From NCBI GenBank assembly GCA_030324005.1, contig JARDVH010000099.1, positions 74,897,824 to 74,961,823 on the forward strand: DNA of 64,000 bases. Reading direction: 5' to 3'. The notes below the pieces were generated by a model. The model was not told where the DNA came from, made no database searches, and was given only the letters and a program-made list of their open reading frames with translations. A program made the translations under genes and the position numbers. The stretch is from Negaprion brevirostris (taxonomy: Eukaryota). This document shows positions 25,925-40,048 of the stretch, piece by piece (position 1 is the first letter of the stretch; every line of letters starts with the position of its first letter).

Positions 25925-26015
25925 TTACCCTAACTAGTCCCCCTGACACTAAGGATCAATTTAGCATGGCCAATCTACCTAACCCACACATCTTTGGAGA
26001 TGTGAGAGGAAACCA
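25925..26015 (-). mobile_element. V-SINE fragment
   Basis: 'caatttagcatggccaatctacctaacccacacatctttgga' is the reverse complement of the core at about 47188-47230. Confidence 0.65.
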
Positions 26016-28307
26016 CCTATGGAGCTCAATGGAAATTGGGAGTTCAATGGCCCAGTGCATCAATGGCTATGTTACTATGGCATGGACGATTTTCAAGCCT
26101 GTGTGAGAAAAACACCACACCATTCTGCATTCATTACTGAGCCAAAATGACAAAGATCTTTGTTAAGAGCACATGATTTTCAGATGAAGCAGACTTTGAG
26201 ATTTTAGTGTACATGAAACAAACACAAAACAGTAAGCTTTTGTAACTAATCTAGCAATCTTGATTAGACAAAGGAAGGTTCTACCACATCAAATTCCTTC
26301 TTCTAATCGGTTCCAAGATCCTACCCTAATAGAATTCAATTAAGTAGATCCACAGAAATTCTTAAAACTGTGACTTTGATTTTATGATGGAACTTTCAAT
26401 AATCTATTTGAATCCTGATAAATGCTGCTGAAAATTTTCCCCAAGTACATTTTTGAAGCTGTTGGCTGTTTAAAGCAGGTACAGTTAAGGGCACCCCTCC
26501 ATCACTATTCCTTAAATAGATGAAACTGTTATTCCCATTAGTTGGATTTTATTTTCCTTTCTAATCCAGGAAACAATCAGAAATTCAAAATTAGTGTTGC
26601 CAATTAACATTAGCAGCAGAGGTTGAGAAAAATACATTTTGACTCAGTAACCAATGGTGCTTTTACAACTGTCCCGAGTATTTATAGGTATCTATCAAAA
26701 AATATTCAAATGCAGTCCTAAACATTTTTCAGAAAGCATTCCAATCTTTGAAAAGCACAATGTTTGAAAACAAAACACACAACAACAACCCCTCCCCCCC
26801 ACAATCAGAAAACTCTTATCGGCTATTTTTGGTAACATATCCCATATGCTTATGCTTTATATTAATTAAGTCAAATGTCTATCAAAATTGAAGCCTTTTT
26901 TTAAAAAAAACTGTGCCAATCTGTTGCACATTGATTTTGAAGTTGACATTAAAGAACTTCACGTCAGCATATGCACCTGACCCAAGATTCTGGATCTTCC
27001 CAATGACTTTTCTCACTAGCAAGGAGATCAATTTACAACAAAATATCAAAGTATTCCCCCGTTCTTTGCCATTCTGTAGTGCATCAAAATTGAGATATAA
27101 TATATTGGGAGAAGGTAATATACCCCACACACATCTCAGATCAAAAGTCTTATGGCAATGCTACACATTTGTTCCTAGTATCTTAAAATAACAACTCAAA
27201 CAAAATTCAACTTCAATTCCAAGTTGTTAATGTTCAAAACCCAGAGTATAAAATCCAGAAGAACACCTGCATATTCAGATTTCAAGATCTTTATGCCCAC
27301 ATTCTTAAGTCTTCTTCCTCAACCATGGTAAAATTTGTATCGATTTGTATAGATTCCAATGAATGTGCTGTACCATGTATTTCTCTGTATTTATTGTAAT
27401 GACTGTGCAATTTTGCTCAATTCATCAAAAGAAAAATGCTGCTTTATATTTTTTGATTTCTGGATGCCACAACAAGCATTTTGTAGCCAATTACTTTTGA
27501 AATACAGAAACTAATTATACATGCTAAGGCCACACAAATAGCAATGTGATAAAACTGAGTTTTTAAGTTTTGTTGGTGATGTTGGGAAAACTTTACATCT
27601 CTCCTTGGGACCTCAGTTTTCACTTGTTATCCCAAAGATGGCACCGCAATACCATACTGAAATATCAGTCTAGACTATGTTCCCAACTCTCTTGAATCCA
27701 AGTCCTTCTTGCTCAGGCAGCACTACCATTAAGCCACCTTTAAACAGTTAACAGAATGTGGGGGGATAGAATTTGCATAATTATGTATGTGGCATTAAAA
27801 TAATTGCATTAAGAGAATGTGAAATTATGATAAAATCAGGTTTGTGTGAGGGAAACTTTCATTATATATCGCTCATAGTAAAATTTTGTAATGAAATTAG
27901 GTTTAATGCAAGGGAAATGTCCAACATATATGTACCTCATAGTAAAATTCTACTGTATTTGGAGAGGAAAGAGATGCACCTATCAGGCCTAATTGACACA
28001 AAATTACAATCACATTATAAATTGATAAGCATATTAAAGCTAATTCATTAAAATAAATCCTGTTTCATATGTTAACACAACATGACATATAAGCCATAAC
28101 TTAATGTTCTTCATTTTATTATAAGTCATAAGATTGTGATTTACATGAAATATGCGCAGAACTGTGAAATATTTGCGATTGGAAGAACAAAACTCAAGTC
28201 TATTCCACAAAGGTTGAGGTGATCCAGTGTACATGAAATAGAGTATAGTGAAGGGACAGACTAACCAGGAGAGCTACCCTCAATTCACACAGATGATNNN
28301 NNNNNNN

Positions 28308-28628
28308 TGAATATAGGATCATACAAATAAGGAGTAGAAATAGGACACTGAGCCCCCTGAGCTTTCTCTGCCGTTTAATAAGTTTGCGGCAGAGCTGATT
28401 GTGGCCTAAACACCAAATTCTGTCCACCATTGATAACTTTGACTCCTTTAATAGTCAAGAATATATTTACCTCTGCCTTAAAAATATTAATTGACCCTAC
28501 CTCTACTGCCCCCTTTGGAAGAGATTTGCAAATATTCAAGGCCCTGTGGTGGAACAAAAATCTTCTAATTTCTGTCTTAAATGGGAGACCTCCTATTTTT
28601 AAACTGGCCTCCCTATTTCCATTCTAGA
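28308..28628 (-). mobile_element. CR1 LINE 3' end
   Basis: ORF fragment RALNICKSLPKGAVEVGSINIFKAEVNIFL followed by 3' UTR-like sequence. Confidence 0.75.
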
Positions 28629-31600
28629 ATGCAAACAGAGAAATCAGGGCCCCTCCTGTACAAACAAGTTTTCAGATTTAAAAGATCAAGAAACACGCAG
28701 TCACACTCACCCACTCACATCCCTCAGGTAAATTATAGTTGAGAAAGAAACCATAAATGTGAAACACTACAGATGGAGCAGCCTGGAATGATGCTAAGCA
28801 CAGTCATATATAGCACATGAGTTGTGAAACACAGCAGGATGAATATGGAAACATGAAGGAATAGATAGATTCAAGTTCTTCCTTTTTGTCTTTCGTTGTT
28901 TCTTTCCTGTACTTTTGCTTTGGTGGCTGTTATTTTAAACCTGGTTATAATGCATAAATAATTTGGTAAATAACTATACCTAAATCTTGTATCAGGTTTG
29001 TCCCACTGTTGCAAGATTGGTCAATTGTAAGCTTTGAGAGAGAGAATATTCAAACTTAATCCACGTGGTGTGATTAATTTAATGTGTATATTACTAATGT
29101 TATCATCCCCTAGAAACCAATTACTTTTAAAAATAGATTTGAATTCCCAGTGACCGACTCGAAGGATCACATGACAGGATTTCACATTTTAAGTCATTTA
29201 CTGTAACAAACTAAGGTCAACATTGGCTAAACATTACTTCGTAGGCAACTAACACACATTTCTTTAGAAAGAAATCCCCCCTTAGCTCCCGAACATGACT
29301 GAAACCCCATGCATTGTTTATGCATTACACCACAGTCTCCACAAAATTATTGTCTTTACAGGAACCAGTTCAAAGTTATTGCCAGCTCTCACTGGGCTTA
29401 CTACTCCCCATTTCACAGTGTCCTAACATCTACTGTCTACCAAAAGACATTTCCTTCAGTCTTCTGTGAATTCCTGAATTGACTTCCAGCAGCAAAGATC
29501 AGTCAGTCAATTCCTTCTCCCAGCCACATGCAGGTGAATCTTGCAGTGTCCTTAAACTATTGCAAGTTCTATCTCTTTGATCAGAGGATGAGCTCCCACC
29601 AGCTTTCTGCCTGTTAGCTAATCGGGAGTGTGAGACAGTTGAAAACAGCTGTCTTATCAAACCTCACAATTGTAACACTGGCTATTAAATTTTAGAAATT
29701 AGCTACTCTAAAATGCAAAGTCCCGGTAAGATGGTTCCTTCAGATATTAAAAAGAGATCATTCTGATTAGCTTAGTTCTTAGCGTTTTTAAATTTCATTA
29801 TTTGTCTACCCAAGGATTTAGGTAGAAATCTGTCTATTACATTAAATGCCATTATAACTTCAGATTTTAAACTTCAAACCAAGTCTGATGTCATGTTTTA
29901 TTAGTTTCAAAGACTGCTGTAAAAACTTCTGCAAATTTGAGATAAGTCAGGTTGTTCAAGTGAATAGCTTACAGGGTTGTTTTTATCTGAGGCATGTTAC
30001 CAAATGCTTGCGTAAATCTAGTGATGGGAAAATATCTTGAAAATACGAGGTATGTGATTTAATATGAAACTGATGTAATCTAGGGCAAAAGGCTAGAAGT
30101 ATCCCAAAGTCATACTGCATTTTCACAAAAGCCTATATATGAAAACTGTGGAGAATGAGACTGAAAAAGTGCGATGGCCATGTGCAGTCCAGAACTCAAT
30201 ACCAGCTTAGAGAACAAATGTGCAGGTGGTTAACAGAAGGTAAATAGTGTGCATGGTTTAAATCCAATGTAAATACAGAATTGGCATGAAAGTATATGGA
30301 GTTTAACTACTAGAGGATGGGCTGGCTGATGAGTAATAAAATCTGCGTTATAAAAAACCCATAAACATAAATAATAAAGGACATACTATTATTGGAACAT
30401 GACAAATGATAAACAGTTATACAGGTGCGCAGACTAGAATCCTACAACAAATTGGCAATCAGGAGCTTCAATTAAAACCACATCTGCAATGTCCTGCCAA
30501 AATGAGAATCAAGGGCTGCTACATTAAATTGGAGAAGCTAGGCAATATGGAAAGATTTTTTTTTAAGATTAAAAGCTTCGCTCTGTTGTCTAGGCAGAAG
30601 ATAGTTAAGGGAAAACCTTGTTCAAGTGGATAATGTATCATGTGGCTTAGGTAAGGTAAACACTGAATGAAAGCACAATAAGAGAGCATAAATATAAATA
30701 GTCTAAATCAGAAACTCAGAGGTGCTTCTTTACACAAAATATGCTAAATTTCTAGATGAATTTGGTGGCAGAGGGTGATCAGTTTAATATGGGAGACAAG
30801 GACAGGGCGGGGGGGGGGAGTGATCCTGTCTTGGTTTAGAGAAGGGGTGAAGACAGCATAATGGGAAGTGGAATACACATGTTCAAGATCTCTATCAACT
30901 TTGGTGAAGCAAGGCAAAAGGAAGATATTTCAGAAGTACTAATTTGAAAGATGGCATGATTGAAACAGATCATATGGAAAAAACGGAGAGAACGGAATGC
31001 AGTTTATTCGAGAATGCTGTTTATTTAGGAATGAGGAAGTATGATGAAGAGGTAATAAAAACAACATACCGTGGATGTTGAAAATCTGAAATAAAAGAAA
31101 ATTCTGGAAAACTCAACTGTGGGGAGAGAAACCAAGTTAACATTCTGATTCCAGCATGACTCTTCTGTGGGAATAGTTAGTTTTAATGTTTCTATGTTGC
31201 AACTGTAACTACACTGCTTAGTTGCCTGGAAAGTGCTCTGAGATGTCTGTTGGTCGTGAAATGCATCTAAAAATGCACTCCCGTCTTTCTTCCATATATA
31301 AGGCCTTTTGCAAGCTTGCAGGAAACCGAGAAATGAATTTTGGTTACAATGTTAACTTGGCCATTCCAAGAAATAATTTTGGTTTGTGACACAGTAAGTT
31401 TAATAATGGTGCTCAAACAAAAAATTTTCAAAGTGCATCTTTACCAACATCAAAAAACAACATATATTTGAGCACAATTTCAAGGCATTAGTCTAATTAA
31501 AAAATTTAGTGTCATTGTGAATTGCCAAGGTAAGGTCCTGGTTACTGNNNNNNNNNNNNNNNNNNNNNNNNNNNNNNNNNNNNNNNNNNNNNNNNNNNNN

Positions 31601-33227
31601 NNNNNNNNNNNNNNNNNNNNNNNNNNNNNNNNNNNNNNNNNNNNNNNCGTAACTGGCTTTCTCTGACTATTTATTTCATCTCTAAGAAAAGAGAATAAAA
31701 AATTCATTACCACTTTTTCAAAGCTCATATCCACATCATTGTAATGGAGGCAAACAGATAACAGCCAAACTGCTTGTTTAAGTCTACTTTTTGCTTTCTG
31801 CTTCCAAGCAACCTTTAAACATAAGTTATATCCCCTTTTAATATAATGCACCTTTTCATAACAAACCTCTTTTGTAGAACCCCTTTAAAATATCTACAGC
31901 ATACCCTTTGCCTGTACATATATTGTGATTTCCTTAAAAAATTCAGTTATATTAATCAACTCTAATCTACTCTTTACATGCTCTTGTTGCACCCCCCAAT
32001 TATCAACGCCTTTCTGTAGTCATTAATCTTATCCTAAGCCCTGGACTCCTGATGACTGCCCAAAAACAAAGGGGCCTGTTTTAGAGCTTCAAACATGAGG
32101 ATGTCACTTTACTATCTAAAATGTTCAAGTTNNNNNNNNNNCACCAAAAAATATTTCTTTAATCCTGGCTAAAATCAGCATTCTACGATAAATTGAATCG
32201 CCAGAAGTCATATACAGAAATTTTGTACGTTTAGAAACTTGACTATTTGATTTGTGAAGTTTGAATAAGTAAAACTGATCTGTATCATACAAAGTGTGGT
32301 TTTTCGCAAATTACATAACATCTGTAAAAATTACTGCCATTTAAAGTTATCCATAATTATTATCAGCAACTAATATTGAACACATTCAGTGCTGGGATAT
32401 AGTAATATGATGGTTATGGTACTCGACAAGAAGTCGACGGGTTAAGAGTTTAAATAGCATGTTCAAAAAACAGTTTACTCTTAATGGCCTCTAATTTGGC
32501 CTCACCAGCCAGTTGTTCAAACAACCAATACTCGTAAGGTAACAAGGATTTTGTATTCAACTCTTGCAAGATTCACACACATAACGAGAACAAATATAAA
32601 GAAATTTACAACTAATCACTGAAGTTTCAAAATTTGCTAACGCATTGATGATATTTGATACATTTACATAGAAAATACTGAAGTCGAACATCATCTCACT
32701 GCACAAAAAACTTGATTATAACCTGACGGATTATATTCTTCATTAAAAAAGTGGATTACTAGTGACGATATTGGTCACTTTACAAATATCAAATCTGTTC
32801 AACAGTTTTAAATACTGGAACTAAGATAGGCACATGGAGCTAAATATTTTGCAACTGGAGGCACTAGTTTCCACTGATGTGGGAGACAATTCATTACTAT
32901 TTAAGCATCAAATTTTATTACAAGATGATAATTTTGTTGTGAGAAATCCTACGCTATACTAATTTCACCCTGGATTTTTAAAAATTTACTGTAGCAGTGT
33001 CAACTGATTTGCAACAGAACATTACAGCTGTGGGGTTTTTTTAATCAAACTGCAAGATACATATTTTATACATTTAAATAGCAAACAATGAAAGTCTTCC
33101 CAAGATTAATTAGCAAATTAGAAATCAGTGTTTACACCATCTCTAACCAGACCAAGGTGATGGATCATTTTGGCATCAACCAAAATAATTTTCTGGAAAT
33201 CAAAATGCCTCATGACATCAATGCCTT

Positions 33228-33615
33228 GATTCTCAAATTCTCATCCTTGTTTTCAGATCCTTCTATGGCCTCACCCCTCCCCATCTCCAACCTACTTCAG
33301 CCCTACAACTCTCCAATGTACCGGCAACCCTCCCATTCTGTCGATTTGATCATCCCAGGTTTTAACTGCTCCACCAGTGGCAGCTTTATCTTCAACTGAC
33401 AAGGCCCTAAACTTTGGAATTCCCTTCTGACCATCTCTGGTCTCTAGCCCTCTCATCTCATAATGTTCCTTAAAAACACTCTTTGATCAAGTTGTTGGTC
33501 ATCTGCCCCAATATCTCACGTGACCCAATGTCAAATTTTGTTTGATAATGCTCCTGTGAAGCTTGGGACATTTTACTACATTACAGTTATTACACATAGA
33601 AATACACGTGGTTGA
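33228..33615 (+). mobile_element. L2 LINE 3' end
   Basis: KILILVF.S..GL.PP-like text and tail 'gataatgctcctgtgaagcttgggacattttactac'; related to the minus copy at 60620-61020. Confidence 0.7.
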
Positions 33616-35195
33616 AACTACTCAATGTACTCATTGGTTTGAATCCCTCTTCTGAACCAGCAGTCAGTGGAAAAATTAAAACTAATTCACTAGGTACTTC
33701 AATTTGTTTAGAAACTCCAACTGCCACTGTTTATATATCCAACCACATACATGTGCTGCATAGGAGCTAGAACTTCTCCTGATTGATGCAGGGTATCTCC
33801 ATGAGACTGTAATTTTTCCCGATCCATTCTTTTTGGAATAACATTTCACTAGTCCTAGACATAAAACTGAGGTAAGGAAAAGTCAAGTAGCAGAATCAAT
33901 ACCTAACCTGTCTTTTGGCAGGCCAATCAACTAGGACTTTTTTTTTGTTTAATTACAGAGCGCATGGATGCACTGGGTTGAAAGGCACTGTGAGAAAATA
34001 AAATAAAAACAAAAACTTTGCTTTGCACCAAATTAGCTTTTTCTTTAATTCTTTTTTCGTTTCCTAATCAACTCATTGCCTTATTTCCATGCATTCTTTT
34101 AACTAGGAAATCCTACAATAAATATCTTTTCAGCTTTCTTCTCACACTGCTTTGCACCCATCCATCCATTATTGTTTTTTAAAAATAAGATCACATCAAC
34201 CTTTTACACCAGAAGTTCGTTGTTCTACCATCACAGCCCAATTTATTTTAGCCAACAGCTAGAAAAGTAAATGCGTGCACAGTCCATGAAATCAGAGTCA
34301 AAGATTTATTTTTATCCTTACCAAAACCTGTAACTAAACCAGTAGCTACACCTTCCTAACAAAAGCTACAGGAAGAGATCTTAAGATGCATGTTGCCAGG
34401 CTTGAAATCCAAATTTCAATGTCATGGGCAGTGGAGTGAAAGTGCAATGATATCCAATGTTGAAGCAACCTACTATTCTTCACTGACTGCCTCTGGTTGC
34501 AGAAAACAATATATTAAATACAAAATGATTATTTTATTGATAAATTATTATGGATACAATTTCCACAAAATGATTTACGCTGCTATTATTCTGGCCACTC
34601 TAAATGGAGATTTACCGAAGCTTTCTGGATATGACCTTATGCAAATATGCTGGTTGAATCTTGGGTATAAAACTGCTATGAGCAATTTAACTAGCATAGG
34701 AACAGAAGTCATGATCACCTGTGGTGGAGCAATTCCAACTGGGAATGTACTGGAGGCCAGAATTAGAAGAGAGCAGATATCATGGAGGGTTGTAAGGCTG
34801 TAGATCACACAGATAGAGTATCATCAAATCAGAGCTTTATGTTAATGCAACTTGGAGGAAGATGGCAATGGCATGGATTTCCAACTCTCATCCCAGGACT
34901 GCAGAAGAACACTACAATAAGTTCCAGATATGGTGCAAGCAAAGTAACACACTGCAGACCATTCCATTTTCTTCCTTGTGCAACGGGTATCATCCTGTTA
35001 AAAGCTAAACTTAAAGAATAATGCTCACAATGATCTCTGGTTAAGCGTCCCCAACATATTATTCTGCACTATAACTCCCCAAAACACAATACCAAATCTT
35101 TTCATCCAAAATATGCTAACTATTTCCACATCTACTATTTCACCTCTCCCCATGCTGTTTGCCATTTGCTCAACTGCCAGCTTTACTTTAATTTA

Positions 35196-35366
35196 CTTAC
35201 CACCTTGCAGGAGAAATTAGTTCATAATCCCCAAAGGCAGGCATTAATCTTAATGAATTACTCTTAAGACATTAAACCTTAATCCATTTAAGAACATTGG
35301 TTTGCCACATGCAACCATTCAGTTCTTGCTGTACAAAATGCCACGGTCAGGGTGCACCGTACTGTC
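35196..35366. repeat. 171-bp local direct duplication, copy 1
   Basis: Matches 36451-36621 except for 4 substitutions and a 10-bp inversion. Confidence 0.95.
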
Positions 35367-36450
35367 TGCCTGGCATGCTTGTGCAAAGCAGAAGTAGTCA
35401 CACTCTTCTACCCAATTCCTATACAAAAGGATGATGCCTCCCTATTCTTTCCTTTTACCATTTAACAGCAAATGGGCAGTACAGCTGAAAGGATACGAGG
35501 ATAAGGACCATACCAGCCAGGATTTACAGCTGCATGCAATACTTTTCTTCAGGATAGTAGCTGCTGCCAGGTTACAGGCCAACCAGCTCAGAGCATCCTA
35601 AAATCAAAGGCAGCAACATTCTCTACTAGGTGTCATGGGGACTTCTCAGTGAGGTAACCCATTTGTGCAGTACTATAGTTTGTTCAGTCCCCGCAATTAT
35701 GGCTCTTAAGTGAGAAAAGGAGAAGGTGCCCATCATTAGTGTGATTTCCTTACCCGAGTACCCCTCATATTGGGTTGTGAGGGGCACAAATCAAGATCTG
35801 CTGTTGCTCAGACTTTTAAGGAGCAGTTAGAAGAAACTGCAGGTGTCTTTTGGCCATTCATAAAAAACACAAGATAATGTTTCTTACTTTCAATGATCAC
35901 CTATCAGAAACCCTCATTTCCATCTTTAACAGCCAATTTTGATAGCTGTTGCACCTAAAAGTAACACTTGGAACTTACCTAAATAAATAAATAAACTATA
36001 GCCATCAGGACATTTCCTGGATAAGTTCAAGAAATGCCCTGATGCTGCCTGGCAGCCTCAGGCAACGGATGGGCAGAACATGGCACGGCTCAAGTTACAA
36101 TTAACATTGTGATAGTTGGGATGGAAAACAGTTTAAAAGTGCACAAGCATGAGAAACACTCCCCTCCCCACCGCCCCCCCCAAGTTTCCCTGATGAAAAA
36201 ATGGTTAGGAATCAGTGAGAAAATTCAGTCCACATATCAACCACCTACTGTAGGCACCTCAAAAGTTATACATCTCTCTGCAAATGTTCTTTCTCACTTT
36301 GTTTTTCCTCTTCCCTGTCAGTCACTAACTAGGGACCTGCATCCCTCTCAGAGTACAGAGTACAATGCAAAAACTCTGCTTCTCAAACTCCATTTGGAAC
36401 ATTCTGCTGCCACAAACACACTTCCATCAAATTGTAAGCAGGTAAATCAG

Positions 36451-36621
36451 CTTACCACCTTGCAGGAGAAATTAGTTCATAATGCCCAAAGGCAGGCATT
36501 AATCTTAATGAATTACTCTTAAGGCATTAAACCTTAATCCATTTAAGAACATTGGTTGCATGTGGCAAACCATTCAGTTCTTGCTGTACAAAATGCCACG
36601 GTCAGGGTGCATCTTACTGTC
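36451..36621. repeat. 171-bp local direct duplication, copy 2
   Basis: Matches 35196-35366 at an offset of 1255 bp. Confidence 0.95.
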
Positions 36622-36777
36622 CGCTGAACAAACAAATAAATAATGTTCAAAAAAAATCAGGGTATTCACATATTAAACCATTAAGCCTTCATTTGTTTTC
36701 AGAATGCACGAGTTATTCACGAGTAAAGTCAGGATATGTAGTGCAATAACAGTAAGCATAAATGGGCCAGTGATAGG

Positions 36778-39700
36778 TGTTATGTAATTGCTTTCAGGTA
36801 TCAAGAGATTTCAGACTTTATTAGGGACAAAAGGTATTTACTGATAAAGAGAAACTTGGTATACAGCTTTGCAGCCCTAAGCTGCCTTGGAGCAACACTC
36901 CAGTTTCTACATGCTTACTACAAGGCTTCCAGATGTATTCTACCCGCGAGAGGATTCCACCCTCTGGGGTGATCATTCACTCTCGATTCCCATTTGTCGC
37001 ACAAGTTAGGAGACCCTCTTCTGCTGTAGTCTTACAAAGTCAGACACCACAATCACTACATTTCTTGCCCTATAATTTTTTTTCATATAATCTTCAAAAT
37101 CGATTTACTCAACCCCACATTGTAAATAAACATTATGCACAGAAGTTAGATATTCGCAAATCGACGTAGTGATTGCTCAATGTTGAGATATTGAGGCTTG
37201 CACTTAACACTTCTATCCGTTGGCTTCAACTATGCAGAGTTCCAAACATGGCCTTGCATGAGATTCTTCCATACAGGTTTGCTGCTTTCCAAGTTCAGCT
37301 CTAGATCGTGCGTTGACCATAAACTACATAGTTTACTTTGTGGATGGTGTCACTCTCCAATTCTTCGTGAATCCTTTTCTCTGTCAAGTACCTTACTCTA
37401 AAATGCATGTAATTCATCACGATACAGCACAATCTTGTGTTTTGACAGATCACTCACAATCTCGATCTGTTACTTGTGAAGGAACAGTCATGGTACTTGG
37501 TTTCTGGTACGTAGATTATGTGATGAAGTTCCTTCTTTTTCTAGTATTTATTTTCAACATCTTTCCCATTGATCACGTTATCATATTAGTTCTTGTGCAT
37601 TTCTATTAGTGTGACCATTTCAGCATGTAATCTCAAGTTTCCTTCTCTGCGTGAATTGCTGCTTTGTCTTGTTCTCTCTGGCATAACTTCCACAGCAGAG
37701 TGGTTTCATTTTCCAACCTCTTTCTTCTATCTTCCATACCAACAATTTCCTACTTGAAACCAAGTAGCTTTTCGTTTCATTCTCTACTTCTGCAATTCAT
37801 TCAGTTTAATCATTCTAGAGTTTCTTTCGTGGTGAATCCAACATTCTCATCTAACAATATTTGATAACAGTCTCTCCGTTCTCATGTTTTTAGACAACTG
37901 CCACATTCCTTTTATTGTAGTTGCATGCAACTCTGCTTCTTTGTTCAACATTTCTTCTTCTTGCTATTCATTAGACAACTCCCTGAATTGCTAACTTGTT
38001 CCAACAATTGTGCTCTCTCTTCAGGTTTGTTCATTGTTGAGTCATCCTCAGCACTCAAACACTGGACAGTTTCTGCCTCTCTTCAGCATGCCAATTCTCA
38101 AGCACATTTATATATTTTACACAACTGTAGTTCAATTGGATCTCTAGAGAATTCCCAGTAAAAGCTCTAGTCTAATTTCTGCTTCAACAGTATAGTAACT
38201 CTTGCAGTAAATGATACAGGACATCCTACATGAGTGCCATGGATCAAATCTTTGGTGCATTTCACTGAGCGAAGCAGTTCTCTCACTCATCACAAAACTG
38301 ATGGCATTCACTATATAGAATTTCCTTTACAGTTCTCAACTTCCATGCTATGACCTCTTGTTGCTGAGTTTCACTTGTGCTTTCATGCTCCTAACTTCTC
38401 CACTGTTTGCTGGTGAATGCTGTACTGTTTCTCACTGGCCCTAACAGATTTCCAAGCTACTTCCAACTTTTGGATGATGCTGGTTTTTCTTTATCTTTGA
38501 TATAGCTGGATTGCTTCTCAATTAGATTAGGGTCATTAACATTTACCTCATTGTCTATTTGCTGTAGTTGTGAGGTTAATTCAATTTTATTTGTTTACTC
38601 TTACTATTTCTGCCTGATCACAACTTCATCGGCTTGCAGTTTAAAACTTCAAGGAACTTCTTATTACAGTACAAAAGCATGAAACGCATTTGAAGATTGC
38701 CTGCTTTCTGCTCTTCAGTTGGTCATTTAGGGTCCATCAGCGCTCCCCTTCCAGGACCCAATGGCACCTACTCTGGTGTTGCCTCTAGTTTTGAATGCTT
38801 ATTACCTCCTCTAAGCTCCAGCATAGCCTCTTCTCTGGGGTCTTAAAGTATTCCAAAGAGATCTTGCATCGCTTATGGACCCCTTTTGAGAATTGTTCTC
38901 TGATTATCCTGTCCCTTTGTCCCTTCTTGTGGTTGCTGCATTAAATGCTGTACAACTTTAAATGTATTGCTACTTCGAGACTATCAACAGCCACAGCTGC
39001 TGTTTCTCTGTCTGTGCTTTTCCTGTGCTTCTGGAGTTTTGGCAAGAACCTGCACCTACTCCTTTTGGACCTTTTTTAAACTGTTCAACCTCTCTTCTTA
39101 GCTGGTGAAAGATTGTTTCAATGATATCTGCAGGGTTTTTTAATGCTTCTTAGCTGCCTAAAAAGTCCTTTCTTCGTTGTATTATTCTTTATTTATTCCA
39201 CTTAGTGCTGTCCATTTCAGAACGATCATTTTCTTAAAATTTTAACTTACTTTCTTTTCTTTTTTTGTAGATCTTCTCTTGTTTTAAAACAGCCAATCTT
39301 GATTGCCTGTAGTGCCTTATTGCAGTGATCATTACCTGAACTCCCTGTAGGCTCTGTCAGATTGGGAGATCTGTACATCTCAGTTTCTCGCTTTTCTACA
39401 TTTCTGGGATAAGCCTTGTAGCTCCAAAGCTTCTCTTCCACCCCTTTCTCTTTTTAGCCTCTGAACCTGTTTAACTACGGCAAGACTCTACTTTTTATAC
39501 AAATTTATTTTTTTCAAACCTGAAACACAGCTTTCTTCTAGATGGGCATATCTTTTTTCACTTCCTTTCTTTTCTCTTTATCTCAAGTACTATTTTTCTT
39601 GCTCCTGGGGGCTAATTTTTCTTCATTTTAATTTTTCATATCTTTCCAAAACTCTTGACTCGCCTGCCACACTAGGTTCATTACTTTGTCTGCCTCTCAG

Positions 39701-40048
39701 GGTCTGGCACGATCCGGACAACTATCGCTCTGATAGGCATGTGAGTGGGTATCTCTCTTTTCCAAGCTTCAATTAAATTGGATACTGACAGGTAGATTAT
39801 GGCACCAGATTGATCCACCTTGCCATCAATATGTTGTGTAGTGGCACTCAAGCGTCATCAAGGCATATCAGACTTTGTTAGGAACAAAAGGCATTTATTC
39901 ATAAAAAGAAACTGGGTTGCAGCCCTAGGCTGCTGTGGAGTAGTGGTCCTATTTTCACACACTTATTACGTGGTTTCAAGATGTATTCTGCCTGAGAGAG
40001 GACTCCACCTTCTGGGGTGATCACTTTATTAAAGAGACATACACTACA
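36778..40048 (-). mobile_element. Ancient, internally deleted Gypsy LTR retrotransposon with both LTRs
   Basis: Diverged direct repeats 36778-37060 and 39832-40048, both TGTT...CACTACA. Degenerate tRNA-Leu-like PBS (minus TGATGGCAAGGTGGAT, 39828-39813). Purine-rich tract (minus) at 37084-37061 abutting the 3' LTR. Integrase zinc-finger-like relic at about 38100-38300. Confidence 0.75.

Noticed and set aside
28630-29680. Possible additional LTR-like sequence
   Set aside because: The composition is suggestive, but I could not define termini or a TSD.
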